From Macrostomum hystrix (Eukaryota > Animalia > Platyhelminthes): DNA of 64,000 nt. Below the pieces are notes generated by a model, which saw nothing but the letters and a program-made list of their open reading frames with translations, ran no database searches and was not told where the DNA came from. Within the stretch, counting starts at the first letter, position 1. Every line of letters begins with the position of its first letter. The position numbers were made by a program, and so were the translations under genes. Where the stretch lies: positions 3,720,001 through 3,784,000 of the forward strand of contig CATNEN010000005.1 of assembly GCA_950097015.1 (NCBI GenBank). Direction: 5' to 3'. This document shows positions 11,567-25,400 of the stretch, piece by piece.

Positions 11567-12341
11567 ATGAAAGCACTCCGTCGGGTTCTAGTGGGTTTCG
11601 CAATCCTTGTTGCCATGAGTGTCGGCAAAGCAGTTCTTGGCCGTCAGTTCGCAATCAACTAGAGCCTCGGCTGTTTCACTAATTCGAATGGCATCAGGGA
11701 CATAAGTGGTCTGAAAATCTATGGAATCTATCGAGTCGGCACGTTTTACGCCACAGAATTGAATCACAGATCTTCAGCGGCCGCATGACGTACGAACTGT
11801 GCAGCACCGTCTGCTCCCAGGGTGGCTTCCGGTACATGGGACTGCAGAGCTGGAACCACTGCTTCTGTAGCAATACCTATGGCTCACTGGGATCTGTTGC
11901 TAGCTGGCGTTGCTTTGCGACTTGCTCGGGAAACTCCGCACAAATCTGCGGCTATGACTACCTGAACAGCGTCTTCGAGCTCATCTACAAGGCTGGTCGG
12001 TGCTGTCCGAGCGTAGAGCACTTTTCAATGAAATATTTTCCATAGCGAACATGATCAGTTGAGTCACAATGAGCAGACACCGCCACCCAATTTCAGAGAA
12101 ACGCAACAGATTCGTGCCCGGAGATCGCAACCTGATCGGCATCAGCAAGCCGGATGCGCCGGCCTACCTGACCTTGTGGACGCGCAGTCTGATGCAGTGC
12201 GTGAGCCGCTGTCTGATTGGCTGCGAGGCTGTGATTTTCTTCCAGGAGACTGGCCTGTGCCACCTGCTGGAGTACGCTGCCGTGCCTGCTGTGCTCAGCA
12301 GTAACGGCACCGTCAGCGGCAAGTACTTCGAAAGAGCCTGA
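11567..12341 (+). pseudogene. WSC + PAN-like tandem duplicate, copy 2, disrupted
   Basis: Same signal peptide, intron and exon 2 as copy 1. TCG>TAG stop at 11660-11662, a 3-bp deletion, and a 1-bp deletion near 11762 causing a frameshift. The single-base loss could be a sequencing error. Confidence 0.75.
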
Positions 12342-13459
12342 GTTCGATATATTTTTTTAAATGAGTTCGTCGCGTATTCACTGTAGAAAAAAGAACGATA
12401 ACTAAGCTGCAAACTAAAACGCAACGAATCGCTTTTCTCGTGTTAATTTTATCTAGAATATTTAGAGTGTGTTTCACAGCTCTACCTGGACAGTGAGCCG
12501 AATAACCTAATACGAGTATATAAATTTGCTTATCCAGCTAATTTTGAGGTGATAGTCAGTAGTAATTGTAAGGAAATTATAACAAAAGTATATTTTATAC
12601 ATCATTACAAGTTAAGGAAATTTGTTTAAATATTATGTACACAAGTAGCGAGCGCAGAATGAAATAACAGCTGAACGAAATTTTACTGACAATTTGGAGA
12701 CTCGATTGCCAGCTGGGGATTAAGCACTGATTAATCGAGTAGTAGGGCTGCATGAGAATAGGCGTTGTAGCTGTATAGAGTTCAGTGTGGTTAAGCGGAA
12801 TTGGCATGCTACTGAATTATACTTAAATAGTATTCGAGATAGGGACAATTTAATAATGAATTTATGAAAGATAGTTTTAAGAATAATGATTTAACTTAAA
12901 AGCGAAATAGTTTTTTACTTCTGGCATAAGAACATTGTGCTTTAACATACAAACTGAAAAAATACAGTTTACAATCATAGAAGCATGGTGAGAGGCAAAA
13001 AGTGGTCTTTATCCTTTGATGTAGTTATTTTTAGAGGTAGTCAATTTCCGGTTTCCAGCTTTGATCCTACTAATTAATGTTAATATCGTTCTAACACAAG
13101 TACTTTCAGTGCGTGCAATACTTCTTAATATAAACAATTATACTAATAATAACAACGATTTTAGCAAAATGTAACTATGAAAATAACAATAGAAAATACT
13201 GCAAAACAGGAGAGCGTAGTTTAAGGACCAAATCAGCTGAGTACTTTGAGTTGCTGCAGCCGCTAATGGACTCAGCGATGGCGTAAGCCGAAGAAATTCT
13301 CTGCAATTGAAAATGATTAGCTCATTGCGAACTGAGTCCAACTGTTTCTAAGGAGCCTGGGGACCAATGCGTTACAGCACTTTATATTTTTACTTTCTAC
13401 TTTTGAACCAATATGGATTCGCCATTAAGGTTTATACTGAGCAATATAAGTTGTCCTTG

Positions 13460-16400
13460 TCACCAGGGGCCGTCGACAAGAATTGCTGAATATTTCGATG
13501 ATGCTAACGGCTGACGGACGGCTTTGAAATGTAGTTTATTGTAAAGAGCGTAAAATCATTCGGAGGATTTTCTCGAAAATCGGTCATTCAGTTTTGGAGC
13601 AATCGTGCGGTAGGCAGTGGGTATTAGAAACACTAGTACGGATGTACACAACCTTTGTGGAAGCGTCTTCCAATAGCTGCACTCGATAACTTACTAATTT
13701 GAACATTGTAACATACTTGCCAAACAAATTTCAGGTCTCAGCTGTGTCACATAGAAACATTGTTTAGCTCACCTCTGTTGTACTCGCAGGTGCTTCCAAG
13801 TCGATGTCTGGGACACTCGCAGCGTCCTGTCTGTGGCTGGCACGGAATACCGTCGGCGCAGTCGCACTGATGAATGCAGCCCGCACCGTAGCGACCGGCT
13901 GGGCAGGCTGATTGAGCAAGCAGGTGAATGGGGTGATATTGGTTGGAATGGTAGTAAATTAACCACTAAGATTTTTTTAGATTATCATTATTTTTATTAG
14001 ATGGACTGAAAACTGAATTTTCTAGGGTCGATAAGATAAAATATTCCAACATTAATAAAGTTCAATTTGGAGGCAATTAACTTTATGTCACTACTTAATC
14101 GAAGACTATAAAATATAAGGCTGAGTTTTACTTTTCACTGCAATCTGCTGCTGATAAAAAACCTACATCCAAATGCTAATAACCCTAATAGTCTGCTCTT
14201 AAAAATACATATATCCCTTATCCCATCCCTCCCGTGTCTCAACTCTCCAGCGTCGCATCCCTCCCGTGTCTCATCTCTCCAGCGTCGCATCCCTCCCGTG
14301 TCTCATCTCTCCAGCGTCGCATCCCTCCCGTGTCTCATCTCTCCAGCGTCGCATCCCTCCCGTGTCTCAACTCTCCAGCGTCGCATCCCTCCCGTGTCTC
14401 ATCTCTCCCGTGTCTCATCTCTCCCGTGTCTCATCTCTCCAGCGTCGCATCCCTCCCGTGTCTCATCTCTCCAGCGTCGCATCCCTCCCGTGTCTCATCT
14501 CTCCAGCGTCGCATCCCTCCCGTGTCTCATCTCTCCGGTGTCTCATCTCTCCCGTGTCTCATCTCTCCCGTGTCTCATCTCTCCAGCGTCGCATCCCTCC
14601 CGTGTCTCATCTCTCCAGCGTCGCATCCCTCCCGTGTCTCATCTCTCCGGTGTCTCATCTCTCCCGTGTCTCATCTCTCGCGTGTCTCATCTCTCGCGTG
14701 TCTCAACTCTCCCGTGTCTCATCTCTCCGGTGTCTCATCTCTCCCGTGTCTCATCTCTCCCGTGTCTCATCTCTCCAGCGTCGCATCCCTCCCGTGTCTC
14801 ATCTCTCCAGCGTCGCATCCCTCCCGTGTCTCATCTCTCCAGCGTCGCATCCCTCCCGTGTCTCATCTCTCCCGTGTCTCAACTCTCCCGTGTCTCAACT
14901 CTCCGGTGTCTCATCTCTCGCGTGTCTCAACTCTCCCGTGTCTCATCTCTCCCGTGTCTCATCTCTCCCGTGTCTCATCTCTCCCGTGTCTCATCTCTCC
15001 CGTGTCTCATCTCTCCCGTGTCTCATCTCTCCCGTGTCTCATCTCTCCCGTGTCTCATCTCTCCCGTGTCTCATCTCTCCCGTGTCTCATCTCTCCCGTA
15101 TCTCATCTCTCCCGTGTCTCATCTCTCCCGTGTCTCATCTCTCCCATGTCTCATCTCTCCCATGTCTCATCTCTCCCATGTCTCAACTATCCCGTGTCTC
15201 ATCTCTCCCGTGTCTCAACTCTCCCGTGTCTCATCTCTCCCGTGTCTCATCTCTCCCGTGTCTCATCTCTCCAGCGTCGCATCTCTCCCGTGGCTCATCT
15301 GATTTAGACATTGAGACATTGTCCGTTATCTCTTTTTATACTCATTAATTGTCTCGCATAATAATGTGAGTTTGAGCTCTTATCTAGATACATTAAAACG
15401 AGACGTACTCAAAATCGGACTCACTTTTCTCGCAGGCCTCGCCTGTCCGTCCTGGCGGGCAGTCGCATCTGCCGTCGATCGGACTGCAGTGCGCGCAGCC
15501 CGGAGGGCAGTGCCATTCGCAGCCGCGCCCCCAGCGACCGCGTTGGCAGGTTAGTTCGCAACGGTTTCCATGGAAACCAGGTAGGCAGCGGCACTGGCCG
15601 GTGGCCGCATCGCAGGACTCGCTGCCCGACGCCAGACAGTCGCAAGGCCGCCGACAGCCGGGCCCGAACCAGCCGGCGGGACAGGGTCTCGAGCAGTCAG
15701 GCGAGAGGGTGCCATCCGGGCAGCTGCAGGCTCCGCTGACGTGGTCGCAGGTGGCTCCAGGAGCGCAAACGCACGTGACGGAGCAGCCGGGCCCATATAG
15801 GCCAGCAGGGCAGCGCCTGTCACAGCGATCGCCAGCAAATCCTGCTGGGCAACGGCAGGCCCCAGTAACTGGATCGCAGACTGCGTCGGCGCTGACATTC
15901 GTGCCACTGTCGACGCCGCAGCGGCACGGCTGGGAGCAGAGCGGGCCGTGCCAGCCAGACGGGCAGAGCTCCTCGCAGCGGACTCCGCGGAAGCCGGGAG
16001 GGCAGCGGCAGGCACCGCTCACCGGGTCGCAGGTGTCGCTGGAACCCGCGCCGACGCAGTCGCACCTGTTGGCGCAACCGATGCCGAACCGTCCGGCCGG
16101 GCAGGGGCGTTGACACGAAGCTCCGTGCCAGCCTGCTGGACAGTGACAGGCGCCGGTGACTGGGTGACACTCGACTGCGGCGCCACCTCTGTTGACGCCG
16201 ACGTTGCAGCGGCATAATTGACCACAGTTTGGCCCGAAACGACCAGAGGGGCAAGGACTGAGGCAGCCGGGACCGGAACGGCCGGGTTGGCAGGTGCACT
16301 CGCCAGACACAGGGTCGCACAGACTGCCGCTGACGGAGCAGTTGCAAGCGGAGCTGCAGGCGGAGCCAAAGGTGCCCTCTGGGCAGGTCTGACTGCAGGA

Positions 16401-19400
16401 TGAGCCTGGGAAAGAGGATTCCATTTGGGGATATTTCACAGGACAAAGACTACGGGGGTGAAAAATCTTCTCTTTTTTTTAATTGAACCATGGGCTCGCC
16501 GTAGAGGTTTATCCAGAGCAATGTCAGAACCGGACCGGATGAGATATCCTCACATGCGGATCACATTCTGTGGGCACTGCCGCATTATTTGGCAAATGTA
16601 CACGCACGCACGTGTGCGTACATCAACCACGACTTTCTGATCGTCAGGCAGTGTACACTATCACTGTGCCTTGGAGGTTGGCCCTTATGGAATTTAGTGT
16701 GGCCTCGCCTCTATACTGAGTCGCATCTCACCTGTTTTGCCTGGCGGGCACTGGCACGCACCGGTGCGATGATCGCAAGGCTGTCCACCTGAACAGGTGC
16801 ACGCCTGGCTGCAGTTAACACCGTGCCTGCCCCACGCGCATGGCAGCTCGCAGTGCTGGCCCCTCCAGCCGGCCTGGCAGATGCAGACGCCAGTGGCCGG
16901 GTCGCATCGACCGTCATTCCTACACTGGCAGACCTCCGTGCAGTTGGCTCCGAATCGACCAGCCGGACAGGCCTGGCGGCACAATGGTCCGAGCTTACCC
17001 GGCGGACACCGGCAGGCTCCTGTGGTCGGGTCGCAGTCTTTGGGACAGTCAGCAGGACAGGTTCGCAAACACGATTCGGCTCCCCAGGTGCCAGGCGGGC
17101 AGGCCAGTTCGCAATGTCGACCGCGCCAGCCCGCTGCGCATCGACAAGCGCCGGTGCCAACGGAGCAGACGCCGCCGTTGAGGCAGGCGCAGACGAGGCG
17201 GCAGTCCGGCCCAAACCGTCCCGCTGGGCAGCGGGTGCCGCAGCGAGCGCCGGTGAAACCAGGCCGACAGGCGCAGATGCCGGTATCTCTGGCACAGCCC
17301 TCGGCGCCAGGCAGAACACCGGCGCGATTGCAGTTGCATCGACGCGAACAGCTGAGTCCCCAGGAGCCGGCAGGGCAGGGCTGCTGACAGTCCAGGCCTC
17401 GCCAACCCGACGGACAATGGCAGGCGCCGGTGGTCGGTTCGCAAATTGTGGAAATCGACGACTGGCATTTGCAGCGTTGCAGACAGTCGCGACCGTGGAA
17501 CCCGTCGGGACAGGGACGCGTGCAGGCGGGGCCGAGCCAGCCCGGCTGGCAGATGCAGGCGCCGCTGATGTGGTCGCAGGTGGCGCCGTTCTGGCAGGCA
17601 CAGACCAGCTTGCATCCGGGGCCGTAGGTGCCCACAGGGCACTCTGAAATGCGGGTTGACAGTCGACAATATCCCGTTGCACTCTGGAAAACGGCACTAT
17701 TGACTAGTTTTAGCCTAGTGTTTAGAGCGTCGGACTCACGATTTCAAGGTCGGGGTTCTAATCCCGACTTAGTCGCAACTATTGGTGTCTTTTAGCATGA
17801 CACTTAACTCTGCATTGCTTCAGCTCACCCAGCTCCTTAACAGTAGAAACTACACCTGTGGTCTACACCTGTGGACCTGTGAACTACACCTGTGGTCTAC
17901 ACCTGTGGACCTGTGAACTACACCTGTGGTCTACACCTGTGGACCTGTGAACTACACCTGTGGTCTACACCTGTGGACCTGTGAACTACACCTGTGGTCT
18001 ACACCTGTGGACCTGTGAACTACACCTGTGGTCTACACCTGTGGACCTGTGAACTACACCTGTGGTCTACACCTGTGGACCTGTGAACTACACCTGTGGT
18101 CTACACCTGTGGACCTGTGAACTTCACCTGTGGTCTACACCTGTGGTCTTTCCCCGGGGGGAAATAGCGTGTTCTGTAGTCGTGCAGCGTTAGCACATGT
18201 ACTGATGCCACTCTACTCACTGTCTTCGCATCTGTTGCCTCGCCAACCGGGAGCGCACAAGCATTCGCCCGTGCTCGAGCTACAGCTGGCGCTGTTCAAA
18301 CAGTTGCATTTTTGGTCGCATCCGACGCCCCAACGGCCAGCGGGACAGCCTTTGAAAATGAAGTTGCATTAAAAATGCGTTGCTTTCGAAAGTTAAATTA
18401 ACACGGCTTCAAGGGAGTTACAACAACGAATGAAACATGCCATAAACATGCCATGAAACATGCACAAATACTGATCTATAAAAACATTTATCAGTCACTA
18501 AGGTAAAATAAGTTCAGAGACCTGTAAATAGATAAATGTTTACAACACAAAACTACGTAGTACGAGCTAAATTATATTTTTGTGATCGAATTCAAACTAG
18601 ACAAACCGTCAGGTAATGACAGGGACGCGTCGTCCGACTCAAGTGACTCAGGGAGAGCAGCATCTCCCATCATCACCTCTGCATGGGATGTACAAGAAAA
18701 AGGTTTTCTTAGAAATCGACAGAAAAAAAACTAGAGCGAGTTGATCAATCCGGACCATGTTCCATTGTGTTTTCTTGTATTTTACCTTTCTCGCAGCGGT
18801 CGCCGACAAAACCCGGACTGCATTGACACCTGCCGGTGATAGGGTCGCAGTCTCCGGCGCTGCCGTTGGGACCAGCGCACTGGCACTCATTCATGCAGTC
18901 GATACCGTAACGGCCTCGGGGGCATTCTGAATAAATTTGTGTTAAATTCGTGAATAAATTTCGTGATAATTTGGCGAATGTCTGCCCGCAGACAGCGAGG
19001 AGGCAATTCAGTCCATTCCGCTGACTCCTGAGCACACACTTTCTCATCGTCAGACAGTGTACACTCAGGATGTTGACCCTTCAAGGTCGTCAATTGTAGC
19101 TCGTAAGAGAAGCCCCAAATAAATGTGGCCTCGCCGCGGAATCGAGCTCAGCAAAGTCGGTGCGAGAGGCAAACGCGTTAAACCCTCTCTGCCACTCACC
19201 CCAGGACACCCGGTTGGCTGGCATTGCATATTTGTCTACTACTTACCAGCCGCACATTAAGGGCGAAGCAAAATAGCCGAAGGGACTCACTCTGTTCGCA
19301 TCTATCGCCGAACCAGCCGGACTGGCAGATGCACTTGCCTGTGCGCGGCTCGCAGTCGGCGCCGTTTTGGCATTGACAGCGACTGGCGCAGTTCGGTCCC

Positions 19401-22400
19401 CACTGGCCGCGAAGGCATTCTGCAGGACAAGTTATGGATGATGGATGCGATAAATGTTGGTCAATAAAAATTAAATATCATAGCTAGTCATTTTGTTTAT
19501 TATCATGGGTCAAAAATAGATTTAAAATTGTGCATTAGCAATGGGATTTAAACGCGACTTATTAACATGCATTTTTCGTCTTTTTAATAATGGGATGATT
19601 GATAGCTTGACATATTTGATACGCAAGGCATTTTCAGAATGAAAGGCGTTGAAGTTTATCATTTAAGAATCGAGTATAATGAACAAGAATCTACTATCTC
19701 GAAAATGCCTGCAAAAAAGTTTTCTATCAGCCAAGTAAGTTTAAAGTCTCTTCATGTCATGTTATCTTCAGGTTTTTTAAAAGAACTTATTTTTAGCTTC
19801 CTTGACCCAAGTTAGTTGGGCGTGGAGCAACCCCAGCGCTGTGTTGCTATTTTTAGCTTCTATCTCCTCATTGGTTCGGGAGTTTGGGTAATCCCAGTGC
19901 TGTGTTGCTATTTTTAGCCCCAAGTTGTGTGTTTTGTTTGTGTCCACTATTATTTTATTATTTCTAGACCAGAACTTGTAAAACATGGGAAGGAGAAAAA
20001 ACAAAATGCATATGCGGTTCGTAGAGGCTATTCTGATTTTTTTCTTGTGCCATAAAGCACCGACCCTCGCGGCAGGCTGGACCATAGAATCCTGTCGGGC
20101 AGAAACAGGCGCCGGTCACCGGGTGGCAACCGCGTGGGCCGCAGTGGCGGCAGCTGCCGCTGCAACTCTCGCCAAAGAAGCCAACACTGCAGACTGCAAG
20201 AATCACGCGATAAACTGGAGCATTTATTTAATTGCTTGCAAACGATTGCTCTACAGATTTTGTTAGCATGGAACGATAATGCTCGAACTTTTACTTGAAG
20301 CTGCAAATCGAAATATTATACTGTGCATTTTACATAACAATACAGCCAACGAGGAGGCAATTCTGCCCTTTCCGTTGACTCCAAAGCAAACACGCGCACA
20401 GATACCATACGCAGACACTGCACACTCACAGGTGTGTGCATCTGCGCAGACTTTCTCGTCGTCAGGCAGCGCACACTTCTGACGAGAGCGAGAGGAGGCA
20501 AACGCGTTAACTGCTCTGCTTCTCACCTCGATCACATTTTTTCGATACATATCGACATTTTTTACCTTGCTTCTCTAATTAACGTAATTGAAAAATATAC
20601 TACATTTCCAGGAAAGTCAGCGCTGAAACTTCAAATTCTAAAATGTATCAAGTTATTTTTTCGACACATATCGGCTACTTTAAGCTCCAAGCACTCACGC
20701 CTCTCGCATCTCTCCCCGTGCCGCCCGGGTGGACACTGGGCAAGGCACTGGCCCTGGCGGTGATCGCACTTGGTCCCAGCGGGGCATCGGCACACCAGGG
20801 CGCAGTCTAGGCCATAGAACCCTGGCTCGCATCGGTTCTTGCAGCGGGGCAGTTTGAAGCCAGGCTTGCAACGGCAACTGCCAGTGACCGGGTCGCACGA
20901 ATCGGCGCTATCCCTGGGACAGTCACACCTGCGCTGGCAGCCGGGACCCCAGGTGTCTGGCGGACAGGTGAGGCCGCAGGCCTGGCCGAAACGGCCCGGA
21001 GGACAGACGCAGATTCCGTCGCTTCGTCGGCAATAGCCGCCGTCGCTGCCGCAGTCGATTTCGCATCGCTGACTACAGTCGGCGCCGAAGTAGCCGGGCG
21101 GACAGCCGTCCTGGCAATGGTTGCCAGTGACGCCGGGCGGGCAGGTGCAAGCGCCGGTGGACGGATCGCATGAGCCGCCATTTTGGCAAAGGCAATGTTC
21201 GGCGCACGCTTTGCCGAAGGTGCCCTGTCGAAATATTATTAAGGATAATTTTTCTTTTTGTGCTACTACTAGTAGAGCAACGCTCTCTTCCTAAAGTATC
21301 TCATCCTGCATTTTCAAACTCTCTCTAACTATCTCTCAGATATATAAGCTCCAATATCCAAGTATCTCAGTTCCCAGATTCCAGAACCCCAGATCCCAGA
21401 TATCAGAATCTTAGCTACCAGTTCCCAGATCCCGTTCTCAGGTCCCAGATCCCAGATTCTGAATCAGAAATCCAATATCCCAGTTGTCGGAATCCCGGCT
21501 CCCAAATCCTGACCCGCGGACAGGTGAGGTTGCAGATGATTCCAGTCCAGCCGCTGAGACAGTCGCATCCGTTTTGCTCCATGTTGCAGGCGGCGCCGTT
21601 GCGGCAGGAAGCGCAGGCGAATTCGCAGTCAGGCCCGAAGGTGCCCGGTTTGCAAACTGCGAAACGAATGGAAAATTATATATAAAGTTTCTGCTTAAAA
21701 ATAGTTCTTATAAAGAACGTGCAACTAGAGCTCAAAAACTATTCTGACTTGACGACAAAGTAAAATATTGCATTCTTAATTGAACTGTAAAAAATATATA
21801 TTGTAAGTTTCATACGTTCCCGTTCTAAACACTCACTAATTTTCACACAATGAAAATAGCGTATTTACTAATTGCACTACGATAAAAAATACATTTAATA
21901 AGAAAGGATTTATACGACACCATGCAGATGAAAAAAATTATATTTTTTACGACCTATAAGTGCGAGCGTGTATAAAAAAATAATTTTTTCGTACAAATTA
22001 AAACTAAATCAAAAGCAAGAAAATAATTCGACATTTCATAATGCACAAAAGTTTATAAACGGAGAGGTTCTCAATAAAAAGTTGGCTTATCGATACAGAA
22101 GCAACGACACTGAGCATATTATTTTCTGCTTTAAAAACTTAAACAAAAGTTGACTAGATGTAGTTAAATTAATTGACGGACATTTATACCTCTTTCGGCG
22201 ATTATTCCTGCAAGAAAAGTAGATGTGCGCTTCGTAATTGACACGGAAAGACTCAGTAATATGAATTAAGTAGTTATAATATAATTAACAAATTAGATTT
22301 AGTTGTATAATTGTCATTAAATTAAAGTACGTTTGAGACACTGACTTTTTTAGCTTAGTAAAAATAAAATGAATTTAATTATTTTTAGTGTAAATACGCT

Positions 22401-25400
22401 TTAAATAAATAATGGATCAAGCTTGAAAGCTAAGGCGATAATATATTAAATTAATTTTGAATTTATCATTTCAAAAGAAATGTTAACTATAGGCTGCTGA
22501 TGGCATTTTTAGTTCTTTAAATTATCGCCCAATAGTAGATTTTTGTTACAAAATTATAACTTTATTGAATATATTGTAAACAAAACAACACCGATAATGA
22601 TTTAAATATTGCTACCTTTCACATGAAGCCTGTAGCCGCCATCGGCTGACAATAGGTAACCATCTTCCGGTGATTCGGTGGCTGTTAACAGAAATTAAAG
22701 CAGAGTTATGAATGGCAGAATTTTGGGCAGAACCAGTGACCAAATCAAGTGACAAACTCGCGTGGTGGCTCGATAGGTTTGACCAGCAAAGCCGAAAGCG
22801 CTTTGTTAAAGGCAATTAAAAAATGCAGTTTTATTTTTGCTGTAAACACAAACCTTTCAATGCGTCCTTTCCAGAATGCGTTTTCGAAGGCTCATCTTTA
22901 AGTGTCTTGTCCACTGAGAATTAGAAAAGTTGATTGAATAATGGTAAGGATTAGCAGTAGAACTACCAAGGGGGGAATTCTCCCCCTGACAATTTTTTTG
23001 CTGCACTTGAACGGAACAATGCAAGCACACGAAACTCAAGAACACGGGCCAACTTTTTGTTGCGCATCTTCTGAACTAAGAAACAAGTCGCCAGCTCTTC
23101 AGACCGTCGAGATATTCAATGTTTCTGGCCGAAGGTCAGATTTTTCCCATAAGAGCTAGTGTATTTCATACACCCCTATACACGAATTCGCACTGCGCCT
23201 CAGTGCGGCCTTTCCAGACCTTCAAACTTTATCAGCATGTCACCCGAGTGTGCCTGGATCATCTCCGTCTTCGGTGGTCACCTACCTAAATCTAGACAGA
23301 CTGCTGGACCTTCAAGGGCTATACAACAGGTGGAACTAAGCTGCTATGGACACCCTGACGCGAATTTCTCAAATTTCAATGCTCAAGCCAAAATATTAGG
23401 CGCAGCTCAACCACAGGACATCATCGCCTAGTCTGTCAACCAATCAGTCACCACCCAACGCTGTTAGCTTTCGGGCGCTGCCAAAAAATTGTCAGGGGGG
23501 GGAATCCCCCCCCCTTGGTATAAAAACGGGCGGCAAAATGGCTTGGTAGTCCTTCTGTTAATGCATTTTGTAGTAGACAGTATACGAAACGAAAACGTGT
23601 ACTATAGATGTATTTAATGATGATGCACACTTAATGACGAGAGAGGGTAATTCGCTTTGTCACCAATATTATTTACAATGAGTAGGACATCCGCCAATAA
23701 GTCATTGAGGGAAAGTAACTTCGTGAAGAAACGAGTAATCATTATGCATGGATGCAATGAATGGAATCGCTATTTCAAAGAATGAGTAATCAGTGTACAT
23801 TGAGGGAGAGGAAAGTAGCTGAAGTTATGAGTCATCAGTGTATATTGAGGGAGAGGAAAGTAGCTGAAGTTATGAGTCATCAGTGTACATTGAGGGAAAG
23901 GAAAATAATTTGCATCTGAAATTATGAGTCATCAGTGTACATCGTGTGAAATATATTATTAAAACAATATCATCGTTTCAAATGCTAATGTCTTCAGTAA
24001 ATAAAATCAGAGACTCCTCACCGGTGCAAGAGTGTCCATCGGGTAGCAGTCGATAGCCAGGCAGGCATTCGCAAGCGAAGCTGCCCGCAGTGTTGACGCA
24101 GCGCTGCTGGCAGCCGCCCTGCCTGTCTTGACACTCGTCGATGTCGGTGCAGTTGCAACCGCCGGCTGATCCCGTCTCCGGACCGGACGGCCGAAATCCG
24201 GGATTGCAGGCGCACTGGTAGGAGCCCACAGTGTTCTGACAGGTGTGCTGACAGCAGTGAGTTCCCGTGGCGCACTCGTCAATGTCTATGGGTGAATTTA
24301 TTGACAGATTGATACGTTGATTGGCTAACAGTAGAAAACCCACTATGGCAACCTCTATGGCAAATCTATATTGGTTCTAAAACTTAATAATTAAAATAAT
24401 AATCACTCCAAAATAATTAACAATAACAGCCGACATGGTTACAAGATGAGATGTTTTCAGCAGAAAAATTGTGCCTATATTGGTTGATTTTGATAGATAG
24501 ATTGATAGTCTGATAGATTGATAGTCTGATACATTGATAGTCTGATACATTGATAGTCTGATAGATTGATAGTCTGATAGATTGATAGTCTGATAGATTG
24601 ATAGTCTGATAGATTGATAGTCTGATACATTGATAGTCTGATAGATTGATAGTCTGATACATTGATAGTCTGATAGATTGATAGTCTGATAGATTGATAG
24701 TCTGATACATTGATAGTCTGATACATTGATAGTCTGATAGATTGATAGTCCGATAGATAGAGAGATAGATATATTGATAGAGTGATAGAGCGATATAGTG
24801 ATAGATTGATAGATTGATAGATTGATATTTTGATAGAATGATATTCTGATAGATTAGTGGACTGATATACTGATAGAAAGATAGAAAGATAGAAATATGA
24901 AAAAATTGATATGAGTATATTGATAGATTGACTGGTACTTTGATAAATTGATAGACTGATAGACTGATAATCTCACCTTGGCAGCTTTTGCCATCCGACT
25001 GCAGAGCGAAGCCGGACCGGCAAGAGCAGACAATGGCGCCAAACTGGTTGACGCCGCAGATGTGGTCGCAATTGCCGTTGGACACCTGGCACGGGTCGTG
25101 AACCTCAATCTCGATTCCTAGAAATTCAAATTAAAATCTATTACTCGTAGTTACTATGTTTTAACAAAGCTTCAAACAATTTTTGGAAAACTTTAGAAAA
25201 TCTAAGAATAACGACATTAAGAAAAAAGTAACGACACATGAAATTCATGCTAGTATAATATCATCTTGACATCAAAATTTTACCCCGCGGAAAATGCACT
25301 GGCGTGCTTGATATTCTGTAGTCGAAATCAGCTGTTAAATTGGGATCAGTTTATTCGTTACCAAACTAGTTTTGTTTGTTTGCAGTCATGAGGTGTGTAC

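Noticed and set aside
14234-15348. Three 334-360-aa ORFs
   Set aside because: Frame rotations of a stop-free 16-bp repeat, antisense within a MEGF6 intron.
15563-15578. Perfect 16-bp palindromic X-box GGTTTCCATGGAAACC (also GTATCCATGGCAAC at ~53298)
   Set aside because: Both lie in coding exons and are explained by the codons (GFHGN; VAMDT).
15366-17697. Many Ala/Pro/Arg-rich overlapping ORFs on both strands
   Set aside because: Shadow frames of GC-rich MEGF6 EGF exons.
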